A DNA stretch of 57,814 bases from Chlorokybus atmophyticus. Lineage: Eukaryota; Plantae; Mesostigma and Chlorokybus algae. Shown here piece after piece: positions 11,901-23,955 of this stretch (its first letter is position 1; the number at the start of each line of letters is the position of its first letter). Made by a program: the position numbers and the translations under genes. The stretch covers positions 570,943 to 628,756 of the forward strand of contig RHPI01002438.1 in NCBI GenBank assembly GCA_009103225.1, written 5' to 3'. Under the pieces are notes generated by a model. That model had not been told where the DNA came from. It saw nothing but the letters and a program-made list of their open reading frames with translations, and searched no databases.

Positions 11901-14900
11901 TGAGGGGTCCGACAACTTCAGCTTCTGAGCAAGCTTCTCAACGACATCATCATAAGTATCTTGCTTCGACCTGTACACGCACATAGCGGGATCAGTGGGC
12001 AGTTGAATAGCAGCTTGTTGGCAATAGTATCTGATAGTAACGCGCCAACAGGAGTCGGAACTTACAGCTTAAGAGTGAAGTCATGCTTGTGTGGCTGATC
12101 CAGCCTCCTGAAGTTGACGACCTGCAATGCATTGAGACTCGAAGAAGGATTCCGCATAGAAGTCAGGTTGCTCCCAGCATTCCTAACGCGGTTGTGAAGC
12201 GGTGCCCATTTGAGTTGTCCTTGTGTATTGGAAGCTTGCAAAGGTGCTGTGGCTTCAAGGGCAGCGGCTGAAACTGCGAATGCATCAGTGCTGCTTGTGA
12301 ACGCTCCAAATCTTCCTTGCGGCAAACTGGTTGAACTACTTGTGATTGCATCAGATGCCATGACATTTGGATTGGTGGCTAGTTTGGTCGGCAGCGTAGT
12401 GGTAGTGATGGTTAGCCTAGGACTAGTAGCAGTAGCAACGATGGTCGAGGGCTGAGTCGTAGCACTAGAGCCAGCAGCAGTGGACATGGTGGTCGGACTG
12501 TTGGTAGGTGCAGTAGTACTGATAGTAGTACTGATAGGCGGGTTTGAGATAGGACCCGATCCTGGTGTGCTGAATACTGGCGTTGACACCGGCATGGAAG
12601 CAGTAGTCAAGCCAAAACTCAAGCTCTGCACATGGACAAATCAACGAGGGATAGGCGCGACGAACTGTGCTGGCCCACATGTTTTAGACACTCCAACCTG
12701 CTCAATCTGCTTGCAGCTAAGCTGCCATCGTACATCGTTGTAGCCAAAGCATGAACTTTACTAGTGAACGCAAGTATATAAACCCACGTCCTATGACCTG
12801 CTGGTGTACGCACCTGATAGGCATGTGGGCTTTTGGGCCCCACATCCGCGTGCTCGAGTCCAAGGTATGTATCTAAAGGACTGTACTGGTTGTGCTGCAG
12901 GACAAGCTCTACGTCAGCACCATAGAGTATTGGCAGAGTAGTGGAACGCTGTATTACGATGAACGTGACGGTCCTCACCTGGAACTCTGCTGCCACAATG
13001 TCGGAATCATCTGCATACTCCACTTTGCCACATGAAACGATTGCCAACTTGTACTGCGCACCACTAGTCAGTTGTGCATGTTATGTTCGACTCCTCAGAG
13101 CAGACACAAACTGCCAACAGCAAACAACATGACATCGGCTGTGAACAAGCTCTGGTGCAGTACCTTTGCGAAGTCCTCAGCGGGGACACCAAGCTTGGCC
13201 TGTATCCGTTTTCTGATTTCTGCAGCCGTCTCATTCTCATGGAGACACAAGCAGAACGGATCTCCAAAATTTCGTATCTGCAAAGGACACAACACGTGAG
13301 GACTGCGCATTGAAAGCCATTTGACGAGCGTCTGCGCACCATGCTGGTATGCGCCGGATCCTTGGTGAAGTGGTTCACAGGAATCAGCCTGTCATTGGGG
13401 CCCATGTTTTTCTCTTCTTTCGAAATCTGGCCCGCATATAATCCAGTCATCACACACTGGTTAACAGCAATGCATCGATCCGCTCCTATGGCCCACCAAG
13501 CCTACCTATTGTTCACATACCTCTTCTGCGCGCAAAGTCCAGTAGTGGCTGATGATGTTGTAGTCAATTTCATCATGGTGTTGGAACACCTGTTGGGTGG
13601 GTTGACTTGGTAAGGAAAACACTACATGGCTTGGTAACTGAGACTTGCAGCAACTCATGTCAGACCCTGCAGATTCGGTTGTGGACGATTTGCAAAATTC
13701 TCAGCTCTGCATCCGGCCGGAAGTCCACCTGGTCCAGAGCGCAGCATCAAGCAACTGAGACGAGTAACAAACAGATCATACGAAAAACACGCAAAGTGGT
13801 CAGCACACGGATGAGCACCTGACCTTCGTTTTCAACTTGGCAATGACATCACCCACAGTGCTTTCTTTTGGTACCCAAATGTTCAGCACTCGCCCCTAAT
13901 AATTAGTATGCTGATCAGTCCACAGACTGCTGGTGAAGAATGACTTGCAGTACCACTAATACAGAGTAAGACAGTACCTCCTGATTTGTGCCATTGTGGC
14001 AAACAATCCTGAGACTGCTCCAACCAAGTTCTGGCAGTGGAGTTTCCAACACTTCATAGTACAGAACGTCTGACATCTGCATTGCAATAACATTGAGGTG
14101 AGGTTCATTGTGAGAGACGGCATTCAGATGGCAACACAAGATGGACCTGGTTTGCGCTATGCCAAGCGCATGGGGAAGGCGCACCTGGTTGTCTTGAATC
14201 AGCAAGTCCATCAGCCTGTCCACTGCGCGGTACTTGATGGGATTGGGATTAGGTGCGTGTAAATAGCAGTTATAGGTAGTAAGCCTGATTGTTGAGGGGT
14301 TTGGCAAGTTCAGCCTCTGAGCAAGCTTCTCAACGATATCAACGTAAGTGTCTTGGATTGACCTGTGCATGTGCATTGCGGGATCAGTGTGCAATATAAC
14401 AGCAGATGCATAGTGGTGGTAACGTGCAAACAGGGGTCAAAACTCTTACAGCACAAGCGCGAACTGATGCTTTTCTGGCTTCTTAAGCCTCCTAAACTTG
14501 ACAACCTGCAGATGCGCCTGGTTTATGTGCACGACATGCAGCTTGTCAGTCGACTGAGCACCAAGTTCTCTTTGCAGCTTTCTCAATAAATAGTTCAGCT
14601 CCTGCAGCTTCGCTAGTTGCTCCTGTCTCTGCTGATCTGCTTCCTGCAACTGTGCGCTCACTCGGGCCGCCTCCTCCCGTACAGGCTGTGTAAGACCCTG
14701 TAGAAGCTTTGCTAACAAGCCGTCATGGCTATCCATCAGCACCTCAAGCTGTTCTGTGACGTGCTTGTGGTGTTCGCACCGCTCTGTTGTTGATTCCTCA
14801 GCATTCTGCAGCAGCTGCTCCTGTCTCTCCTGCAGACCTGTCATATGTGCCATCGTCCGCACATTGTGTTTCTGCTGCTCCATGGCAAAGTTCTGCAGCA

Positions 14901-15225
14901 CCTGCTCCAGCCGGCTGAGTCCAGTGCATAGCTCGTCCTGTTTCACTTGCAATGCATGCACTTGGGCATCTCGCAGAGCATCGCAGCCATGCTGTTCGGG
15001 CAACAGCTGCCTCACGCCCTGCACCAGCAGCAGCTCATGCATTGCTTGCAGTCGCGCTTCTAATCGCGCGATATGTTCCCGCTGTGTCCCCAGTAGCATA
15101 TTGCGCGTCTGCGTTGTAAATTGAGCTAGTTGCTCACGTTGCTCAGTCCACAGGCGATCTTGCAGCAGCTGCATGTGGTGGTCCTGCCTCTCCCGCAGCA
15201 GCTGCAACGCCGTGTCCAGCCTCAT
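8453..15225 (-). CDS. Predicted multi-exon chimeric protein: coiled coil - USP7/UBP12 UBL block - S/T linker - second UBL block - S/T/P linker - villin headpiece
   Basis: The exons I traced have GT-AG borders and join in frame. UBL exons match plant UBP12/13 (VVNFRRLDQPHKHDFTLKL-SKQDTYDDVVEKLAQKL...PIKYRGVD; SDVLYYEVLD; WTLRAEE-I.EEEKNMGPNDRLI; FGDPF...RIQAKLGVP.E.FAK; LGLEHAD). The last exons (8986-8750, 8566-8453) give TIAYEHL...HKRE-SFLSDEDFLSILGMPKPDFYRLPKWKQEIKKKETKLW*, a villin headpiece. Confidence 0.7.
8981..9208. repeat. Tandem duplication, period 120 bp (8981-9088 vs 9101-9208, 1 mismatch seen)
   Basis: catggcctactcgcaacagcaacattgtagacacc(a/g)gaatgg...tgcaaacg occurs twice. Confidence 0.9.
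10366..12121 (-). CDS. USP7/UBP12 C-terminal UBL exon block, copy X
   Basis: See the chimeric gene. The first exons are 12121-12066 and from 11970 (ct+g = Leu, in frame). Confidence 0.85.
12810..14505 (-). CDS. USP7/UBP12 C-terminal UBL exon block, copy Y
   Basis: Same exon series as copy X, diverged but open (VFQHHDEIDYNIISHYWTLRAEE; IRNFGDPFCLCLHENETAAEIRKRIQAKLGVPAEDFAK; YLGLEHADVGPKSPHAYQ). Confidence 0.85.
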
Positions 15226-17894
15226 CGTGGCAGCCTCCGCTTCAGGCTTCTACCTGGCTGTCGTTTGCTATGCTTCGTTACAGCTGCTAGGTAAAGTAGT
15301 CTGAACTTCCGGGGTGAGTGGTGCTTGGTGTGCACAGAGCTCCCGCCGCAGCAAGAAGCTAGGCCTGGGTGCTGTGCCTCCTAACTGCACAGGACAATGC
15401 CAGTAGCTAAGGAGCGGCTGTTGTCAGCAGTAATATGAACATGAGGGAAGACCAGCACTAATGGCACGCACAATAAGGTAACTATAGAGTTGTATGTTCG
15501 TGACTTGACTGCATAACAGCACCTTCTGGCCCAGGAATTCAACACTGTCAACTATGAATGCTTTACATGTGGTAACACGGCTACATCACAGCACTGGCAG
15601 CGCAAGCAGAGTTGCTCAGCACATATACCTCAGCACATTATGTACATATGTACATTATATCAGCTGCAACTGACCCCAAGATTCGTGCTCGCGCTGACTG
15701 GTGACTTGCACACAAAAGCTCATGACGAGCACAGCTGCCCGTCCATGCACAACAGATAAGCTGACCTTCACAAGCCACCATTCAGCACAATGCCACCTGG
15801 GGTCGCCTGAGTACAGCGTTCAACGGGCAAAACACACAGCATTCAAGGCAGCTTGCTACGCCAGGAAGCCGCCTTTGCCCAATTCCGCGAGTTGCCTTTG
15901 CGGCAGTCCCAACACTACTGCCAGCTGCAGATTAGGTAGCAAAACTTCAGAAACCTCTAGTATATCCTGCGCAGCCTGACTCCGGCAAGCTTTGGCCTCC
16001 TCCGCCTCTTCTGCTTCAGCCGCCGCCCAACCGCCGCCTGCGAGCTGGAGTGGACGGCCTGCTGCACGTGGCAGCTGAGCGTGCGCATGAGGCCAAGCTG
16101 GCACATGCGTAGCTGCTTGACGCTACACACACAAGGATCAAGACCAGACCTTAAGCAGCCGTGCCGTCCGCCGCAGCGACCCTGCAGCACTGCTTGCCAA
16201 CAGCAGCAACCAGTGCAGTCAATCGCACGCAGCCACACGGTGCATGTGCATGGGCACATGACCGCATGCTGGCAGACGCCGACAGCGTCAACGACCAGTT
16301 GGTTTGCTGTCGTCGACGGTCGGTGCACGCGTGCTGTCATCTGACTTTTGTGACATGAGGTTTTTCAGCCTGACGATGAGGAGTGTGCGGGCGTAAGCGC
16401 CAGTGTGGTGAGGGAGGGCGGGGGAAGCCTGCGTCAGCAAGTTAGGTATTGCCTGCTATGAGCTGAACCTATCACCAAGGTGATAGGCATGTGACGGCTG
16501 CACCTCATCTCCCGAGCAGCCTGTGGAGGAAAGTGTTCTTTTGCGTGCAGCTGCCTGGAGGGCCGCGGGGACGGGATGGGTCTGCTTCTTGGGCTCACAT
16601 CTTGCTGCTTAACACTGGAGAGTTGGAGACTCTGATTGGAATGGTTGACAGGTTAGGTAGTTGGCGAGGTAGGCTGGAGGCGGGGGGCATGCTGCAGTCT
16701 CGGCGAGTAGATCAGGAGGCAGCTGGTGCACACGCAAGCAGGTAGCTCCTCTCCATAACTGCTGTGTAGTGCTCGTCTATATTCAAGGCGCACTGGGCTG
16801 CGCTGGTAGCTGTCGGACTTGATTTGGGTTTATATACACACATGTGCCTGATGAGCGCAATCCAGTACAGCAAAAAGATGCACAACGCATCCATACATGT
16901 GCGTGTGCATACGAGCGTGTGTGTGCACTCGGTACGTGTGTTGCATGTGTGCTCCAGCAGTGAGTGCACTTGCGGACAATGGCTCTATTTACCCAAGAAT
17001 GGACTGCTGAAACAAACATTTGCCGTAGCTGCTGCAACGCACTGCGACCACATTATGACCGCTTGCCGGTGTGGTGCAAATGTCCACAAATAGTGTCGAA
17101 AAATGATCTCAATTTCACCATATTGACACACCTGGTACTAGTTGACTATGCTAATGAGCTGTCAGGTCAGCACAATATGCATGGTACATCATGTACCATG
17201 ATGATGTGTACCATGACATGATGTCTCCCACCCGTCTCCCATCGCTCAAAGACGACAGCAGCCTCCTACCACCCACACAAGTTCCTCTTGCCTACCCCCA
17301 CCGCGCAATCACCCTTATGTAGTGTATTCACTAAGTACACGGCGTTGGCGAAGAGACTAATACGTGATGAGCTAGATTATTGAGTGAGTGAGTCACTCAT
17401 TGACCTTTCAAAAGTTTATGGCTTTACAAATCGTACACTGCATAAGCAACACGCAGCACATTTCCACACAACACATATCAAGGAAAACACGGGCAAGGGT
17501 CCAGGAACATGTCCATGCTTAACATCCACTCAAACCATGACACCTAGCAGCGCTAGCGCACGTACACAAGGCACAGCACCACAACTGCTCACGACGCGCC
17601 CGCGAGGTCAGCGTCCTCCTCCGCCGTCGGTGGCACTGTCTGCAGCGGCGCCGAGCCCGGCACCGCCGCAACCGCTGCTGCTCCGCGCTCCAGCAGCGCT
17701 AGGCTCTGCGCCCGCTGCGCACACGCCACCCGTTGCCTACATGGCAATGATATCGCTCAAGCGGCCCAGGGCCAGGCCACGCGTGTAGACGACCTGCCGT
17801 GCGAACTTGGCAATGAGGGCGTTGAAGGCCCTCATCAGACACTCATACATTTAGGTGTTAGAGTTGGTGAACCGGCAGCCGGGCAAGATGTTCA

Positions 17895-18570
17895 ACTGCA
17901 TATCAACGTTTTACTTACAGCACTCGTAGCATGCTGTATCTATGCGTGCCATAAACGAATTGTTACAGCAACACAGTAACACAGCAACACAACACACAAC
18001 ACACACAAAGCATCGCGGTCATTCTGTTCAGTCAATGGCTGCCTCACACCCTGCACCGGCAGCAGGTCATGTATTACTTGCAGTCGTTCTTCTACTCGCC
18101 GCCTGTGTTCCCAGTGCGTGTCCAACAACACCCATCTGAGCTGCAATTTTAGCTAGCTGCTTACGCTGGTCTGTCAACAGGCGATCTTGAAGCAGCTGCA
18201 TTTGGCGGTCTTGTCTCTCCTGCAGCAGCTGCCATGCCGTGTCCAGCCTCATCGTGGGAAAGCAGCCTTCACTTCAGGCTGCTACCTGGGCGTCGTTGCT
18301 ATGCTCGTTACAGCAGCTGCCAGTAGAAGTTGCTTTCACTCCGGGTGCGTGGTACCTGGTGTGCAAAACTCCCGCGGCAGCAAGAAGCTGGGGCTGGATG
18401 CTGTCTCCTAACTGCACAGGAAATTAACATTGCTTGAGAAGAGCTGCAGTTGTCTGTCAGCGTTGATGATGATGTGGCCATGAGCAGTGGCAACAGTTGC
18501 ATGCGCAAGCAGGGTTAGCTACAGTGTTGTTTGTTCACAGGTAGGTTGACTGCCCAACAGCACCCTCTAG
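17895..18570 (-). pseudogene. Degenerate copy of the coiled-coil module (MRLDTAWQLLQERQDRQMQLLQDRLL...)
   Basis: ORF 18067-18252 resembles the start of ORF 14446-15225, then frameshifts into 17940-18146. Confidence 0.7.
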
Positions 18571-18789
18571 CCCCCAGAAGTTCAACTGTCTACTACAGTC
18601 ACGTGACTAGCCCACCGAAAAGGCTGGAACGCTGCGTCGCCGGTGGCACACTGTAGAGAGCACGCGAGAGCATGCGACGGCCATCCTGGCACTGTCCACC
18701 ATACTCGCGTGACCATCTGACAGTAAGGGATGACTCTAGTACACATACATGTGCCACCATGTATGCTCAGCGCCACCTGCGTGCAGGTG

Positions 18790-19062
18790 CATCGTCACCT
18801 CCACCGCCAACGATATTCGGGAAGATTCAGCCCCCAACGCCAGATGGCACACAAACTCCCTCTCCCTCTCCGAGCGGAGGCAAGAGCTCCCCCCCCCCCC
18901 CCCACCCGCCACCACGTCACCGCCAAGTCACCGAGGGAACGGGGAGGTCAGCCCGCGCCCTCCACTCCCAGCAGGAACTTTGCCACCACGGGTGCGAAAG
19001 CCAGCGTTGCGACCGTCGCTGCTGCTTGCGCAGTCGTGCTCGCTGCGAATCTCCTGTTGTAA
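18790..19062 (+). pseudogene. Possible last exon of a Pro-rich GPI-anchored/AGP-like protein, frameshifted at a poly-C run
   Basis: tgcag| acceptor, then SSPPPPT...PPTP...SPSPS. The other frame ends NFATTGAKASVATVAAACAVVLAANLLL*, resembling a GPI signal. Confidence 0.3.
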
Positions 19063-20429
19063 TATTGCTAGGACTGCTTCAATCAGTTATTTGTGACAAT
19101 GTGGGCAGTACTGTAGTACTTCCAAGAGACACACGTTGCTTTTGCTGCAGTCAAGCGTTGGCGCTGCTGGTCTGTGTACAGGGCGCCATTGGTCTGCACT
19201 GAGAGGCGCATGCACATGAGCACAGCCAACCACATACAACAGAAGTTGCCTGGCTTGCATGTCACATGTACCAGAACATGTACACAGCTGCAAGTGCAGG
19301 TAATATATGGCATGAGCAACCTAGCTGTAGTACAGTATGCACGAGGTCTAGTCACCACGATACCGTAAAAGGCACCGCACACAACACACCAAGACACAGC
19401 AGTGTGCAATGCTAAGGCTTGTCAGTACCCAGTGGTTTTCATGCACGATGAATCTGGCTATATGAGAGCATGCGACTTAATGTGTGCTGACATGTTTTCT
19501 TGTACATACATTTCTCTACGAGTTGGCAAGAAGCTGTTCCTGTCCCTCATGTCTTGCTCCTGCACACACAAGTATGGATGTAAATATTAAACTTGCGCTG
19601 CATACAATCAAGTAAGTGATGTTGCCAAGCTGCTTCCCTTCTCGTGCCTGCTTGCTTTTGATTGATGACACATGCTCACGTACCTTTATCAACTCGCTGA
19701 TGTCGGAGGAAGGTCGAGCGAGTTTGGTGAAGTTTGGGGCAATGCCCCCAACCTCGCACACATGCCGGTCCTCAACCCGACTTGCTGTTGTGTTGGCTGC
19801 ATGGGTGCAGAAGTAGAGCGCTGCATGCGCCACCGCAGACATAGCTTGCTCGATGGCAGCAGTCAGGCGAGTAGACGAAGGAGCACCAGGTGTGGTGGCT
19901 GGAGTTGTCCTGTCTGCTGCAGGGGACACCTGTTGCGTTTGCGGATGTACAGCATTGCATATGACACCACTTGAGTGTGCTGGTTATGCTCTTTGTGTAG
20001 TTTGAAGCTGCTTCTGCTTCAGAGTTGCAACAAGCGTTATCTCTAAACTGACAATTCACCGACAAATATCATCTGCCAAGTTGGTGTTACACCAGTATCA
20101 GCTGCAACCATAGAATTTGTAACCCACACGCACGCACACACCCACAAAAGCTGTGTATGCAACCAACACCTGGTAACACAAGTGTACTCCACCAGCGTTC
20201 AATGCTGTTGACAACACTGATAGCCATCCCGCTGTTCGGGTTCACGCTGAGCCTGCCCTTTGTTGGGGATGAGAGTGGTGTCAATTGCAGTTCACACTGC
20301 CAGAGCCCCAAGGCGAAGTAGAAAGGGGGAAGAGACAAGAAACTTGATGTGTTGGAGAAGCATTGCACAGTGGTCTTAGGATTAGGCTGGGAGTTCATTA
20401 TAGGGCAATACACTTCTTGTACAGTTTTA

Positions 20430-21021
20430 GGACTGTTGCATGCCGAGCACAACTCCAGATTGTTTGGGACTCCCCTTTGCCCAAAGGCGTAGCCTGCAAC
20501 AGCTCTGTAGCTGCCTTGGTTGGAAGCTGCTGCGCTTCCTCAATCTGATGCTCCACTCATCCCATACCCACGCAACACGTCCTTGTCGCGAGAGGTCACA
20601 ACTGCAACTCCCGGATCCAATCAATCAATGAAGCCGCGTCCCCAAGCAATGCACCCAGCAGGACGTCTGCTTGGGCAGCAGTCCAGACGTCATCAACCAT
20701 GAGCAGCACCCTCCTGTTGTGCAAGTGTCGTTAAGAAGAGCCAGTCCTCGAGCGATGGAAGTGTATGTGTTCGCTTCTCCACAAGAACTTCAAGCTTCTG
20801 CTGGTAGTAACGTTGGCCTGGCTTTGTCTGCCGCTTGCCCGACCCATAAAGCAATGGTCATTGCAACCATTGTGCAGCTGGTTAGAGTGCCTTCACAAGT
20901 GTCTTTGTAATGGCGCTCATGTCAACAAGCCGAGCGCCCTTCCTTTAGCATCAGCAGTTTGAGCGCCACTAAGACTGAGTGCTCCCAAACACCGATCAAT
21001 ACCCACAAAATTTTTGACCAC
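20430..21021 (-). pseudogene. Degenerate second NB-ARC copy
   Basis: Parallels 23000-22500: RMLLMVDDVWTAAQAD (Walker B) is kept, the P-loop is destroyed (GLLT*APL) and GLPL is lost. Confidence 0.8.
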
Positions 21022-23955
21022 TTACAAGGGAGGGTAGCCTAGACTGTTACTCACGGCGTGCACAACCGCTTGCGCTAGAGCAGCGTCATCCCAACTGAGA
21101 ATACAAACACAAATGAGTGCGCAGCACAGAACATCGGAGTAACCGTACTGCAAGAAACTCAACTCACTTGTACCGACTCAGCAGGAACCCACTGTAATAA
21201 GACACTTTGTGAATTGCTCGGATGTACCTCTCTCCATGTTCCAAGTGCCCAGGACGGCCATGCTCTTGGCATTTGCTGCAAGGCAAAACGCCACAGAATT
21301 AGGACTGCGCTTTGGAATAGGAAATAGTGCTAGTCTGTAGCTAAGTAGTATACTCACCGGATCTCTCTGAGAACCTGTTGCACTAGGTCCCCAATGCCAT
21401 GGTTTGAGATATCAATAAATATGGGCATGATCACAGCTGAGGGATCCTCCATCATCATGGCCAGCTCGTCAAGGCAATCGTAACATTCCCCAAAGTCAGC
21501 TGAGATGATGGGCATTCTGATGCGAGCGGCCTGCACACTGGCAGGGATAATATTATATGATTGGCCGGGCTTCAAGCTGTATCCACTGAAGGCACTCAAC
21601 CCTGCTCTGCTGAGACTGTCATGCAGCAAACCGATAAACTTGACGTCTGGATTTCTGTAAGTTAAGTGGATGTCATAACGCCCATAAATTACGATATACG
21701 CCTGTCGCCAAACACAGCCACAGAATAAATTGGAGACCCGTTCTTGACTGCAGCCATCGCATTCTAGTATCCGGAGCTGAGGCAGAACGCACATCGGGAG
21801 GCGACCTGTGAGGACGTTATTTGGAGTAGTAGAGCTGTGCCCTACCTTGTAGGATTGCCTCAGCGACAGATATTCCACATTTGATGTCTGCGCTCTACAA
21901 CTCTGCAAGCACAGTAAGGACACAAATGACAAATGACTAGTGGGCAACAGATGTATTTGCACGCGTACCATCGACAATAAGTCTTGAGCTTCCAGCAAAC
22001 CAACATGTGTGCCTTTGGCGCATGCAATTGCGCGCCCCATGCTGCGTAGCTGATCATGCATATACAGTTGATCTCCCCAGGTGGTCTTCTTGACATGGAC
22101 AAGGGACTTGTAGAAAAGATTTTCCAGTGTAGTGGATGCGTCTGCACGATCCTCCCAGCCAGGTGGAAGCCAGGTTGAAGAGTTAACGATGCGCCCGTTA
22201 CGCTGGACAGTCTGGCCTGTGAAACCTAGCGGAAGCCAGATTGGCGAGAGCTGACAACGCCATGGCCAGTTGCTTCCCAACGGAAAGCAGGCCATATCCA
22301 GAAACAGTCGCTGTGCAGCTGCATCAAGGCAGTCAAAACTAAGCTTAAGAACGCTCCAAAGGCCATCCACGTCTGCATTATTGAGTGGCTTCGCAGATCG
22401 CAATCTAGCCAAAGCACAGTCCCAAACATGCTGTTCGCCTTTACCACGAAGAAAAGAGCCTACCACCTGGAGCGTGAGCGGCAGCCCATTACATGCGGTG
22501 ACGAGAGGGCTCACGAACAGCTCTAGGCTGTTTGGGACTCCACCTTGCCCAAACGCGTAGTACCGGAACAGCTTTGTAGCTGCCTGGGTTGGGAGCTGCT
22601 GCACTTCCTCAATCTGATGCTCCCTCATCCCATACCCGCGGAGCATGTCCTTGTCACGAGAGGTCACACAAATGCAACTCCCGGATCCAATCACTGGCAC
22701 CTCATCCCCGAGCTGCAATGCACCCAGCAGGGCATCTGCTTGGGCAGCAGTCCAGATGTCGTCAACAACAAGCAGCATCCTCTTGTTGCGCATGTGTTGT
22801 TGTAAACGAGCCTTCCCTTGATCAATGGTGTATATGTTTGTGTTTGAAATTCCACAAAGCGCTTCAAGCAACTGCTGCTGGAGGAACATCAACCTGGCAT
22901 TATCTGCTGCTTGCCCGACCTCCACAAAGCAGTGGTCATTGAAACCATTGCGCAGCTTGTTGTAGAGTGCCTTAGCTAGTGTAGTCTTCCCAATGCCGCC
23001 CATGCCCCACAAGCCGAGCGCAACAGCCCTTCCTCCAGCAGCAGCAGTTTGAGCTCGCAACTTGACACTCAGTGCTTCAACACGCCGGTCAATGTCCACC
23101 GGGTGCTCGGCCACATACAAGGCAGGGTAGCCCAACTTGCCAAGCACGGCGCGAACCACCGATCGCGCTAGAGCAGCGCTGTCACTGAAGATACAAAACA
23201 CATCAGAGCGCGAAGCACAGGTACCAAAATGCCGATGTACACATGATGACACACAAGCTCAGACCCAACTCACTTGTTATGCTGATCCAGCCGCAACCCA
23301 TTAATGTCAAACACTTTACCAACCGCTTGGATATATCTCTTTGCACGATCTCTGTACCCAGGCTGGCCACGCTTGTGGTTTCTCCTGCCAGGGCTCACGC
23401 CATGATGCTGGATATTTGCTGCTAGTCTGCAATCAATCATCATTACAACTCACCAGATCTGTTTGAGGACGTGTTCCTTCAGTTTATGAAAATCGGGGTG
23501 GTAGAAAATGGGCATCACAGACAAGGGATCTCCCATCATTATGACCAGCTCTTCAAGGCAGCAGTAAGAATCCCCAAAGTTGACGGAGATAATGGGCATC
23601 TTGATGAGAGCGACCCGCAGATTGGCAATAATAACCTCCCACGCTGGGTCAGAGGGTTTTAAATTGAGCTCATCAACAAAGCCGGTCAACCCCGCTTTGA
23701 CGAGACCGTTGTGCAGGAAACTAACGAAGTTACGCTTGACGTCCGGGCCTCTGTGACTCAGGAAAACGTCACAAGGCGACAACCCAGCGCAATTAATGGT
23801 CGTCAACGGCGGTGCAGTTTCCTCTGTACTACTGGATTCCTTATATTGTCGCAAAAGGCAGTGACGCACAAATCGCACAAAGGCAAAGGCAGTGATGACG
23901 AGGAAAGCTGCGTAAGGTATTACTGTCAATCAGCGATAACAACGACAAACGCCAT
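21022..23955 (-). CDS. Hydrophobic-leader TIR-NB-ARC-TIR protein (TNL-like, essentially no LRR)
   Basis: TIR1: CDVFLSHRGPDVKRNFVSFLH...CLEELV. NB-ARC: GLWGMGGIGKTTLA, LLVVDDIW, VTSRD, CNGLPLTL, LKLSFDCL, LFLDMACF, MHDQLR. TIR2: YDIHLTYRNPDV...CLDELA. Small alphaE exons (RYIQAVGKVFDING; RYIRAIHKVSYYSG) splice in frame. Stop TAA at 21024-21022. The ATG at 23955 is one frame off the leader. Confidence 0.85.
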
